A stretch of 6,456 nucleotides of DNA from Octopus sinensis (taxonomy: Eukaryota). The position numbers and the translations under genes are program-made. Under the pieces are notes generated by a model, which was not told the DNA's origin, ran no database searches, and was given only the letters and a program-made list of their open reading frames with translations. Shown piece by piece: positions 6,279-6,456 of this stretch. The stretch covers positions 1 through 6,456 of the forward strand of contig NW_021829332.1 of the NCBI RefSeq assembly GCF_006345805.1, written 5' to 3'. How positions within the stretch are numbered: the stretch's first letter is position 1; every line of letters begins with the position of its first letter.

Positions 6279-6456
6279 CCCGCTCCTTTAAATTTTAATC
6301 CCCTTCCAGCCCCATTTAGATCCCTTTTCACATTTTGGTTAATATAACCTGATTTCATTCGGGTCTACTGGGGCCACGTTTTATAAGATGAGGAATTTTG
6401 TCCTAGAGGTCACGCATTCATTTGAGGAAAAAAAAATAGTTGTCATGCAAACTTGC

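Overview
AT-rich eukaryotic non-genic DNA made almost entirely of retroelement and transposon debris and microsatellites. The repeat types resemble those of coleoid cephalopods (Octopus); this is my recognition, not a database result. I find no intact host gene. Left to right: a decayed RTE-clade LINE RT region (+, ~140-1410); a decayed Penelope-like element with GIY-YIG endonuclease remnant (-, ~1850-2590); a non-autonomous RTE-derived element (-, 2659-3019) joined head-to-head to a 5'-truncated tRNA-derived SINE (+, 3024-3376) inside (AT)n; an older RTE-derived copy (-, 4339-4518); a perfect 14-bp palindrome (4609-4639); a ~350-bp near-perfect hairpin (4887-5235) bracketed by a 55-bp direct repeat; a Helitron-like 3' terminus (-, 5345); a third RTE-derived copy (+, 5411-5718); a CT-rich tract; and a degenerate ~140-bp tandem duplication. 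The best leads are the hairpin/direct-repeat cassette, which looks like a fold-back of a retroposon 3' tail, and a possible non-canonical twister-like RNA structure in the tandem 5' units of the RTE-derived element. Both are hypotheses that need searches or assays.
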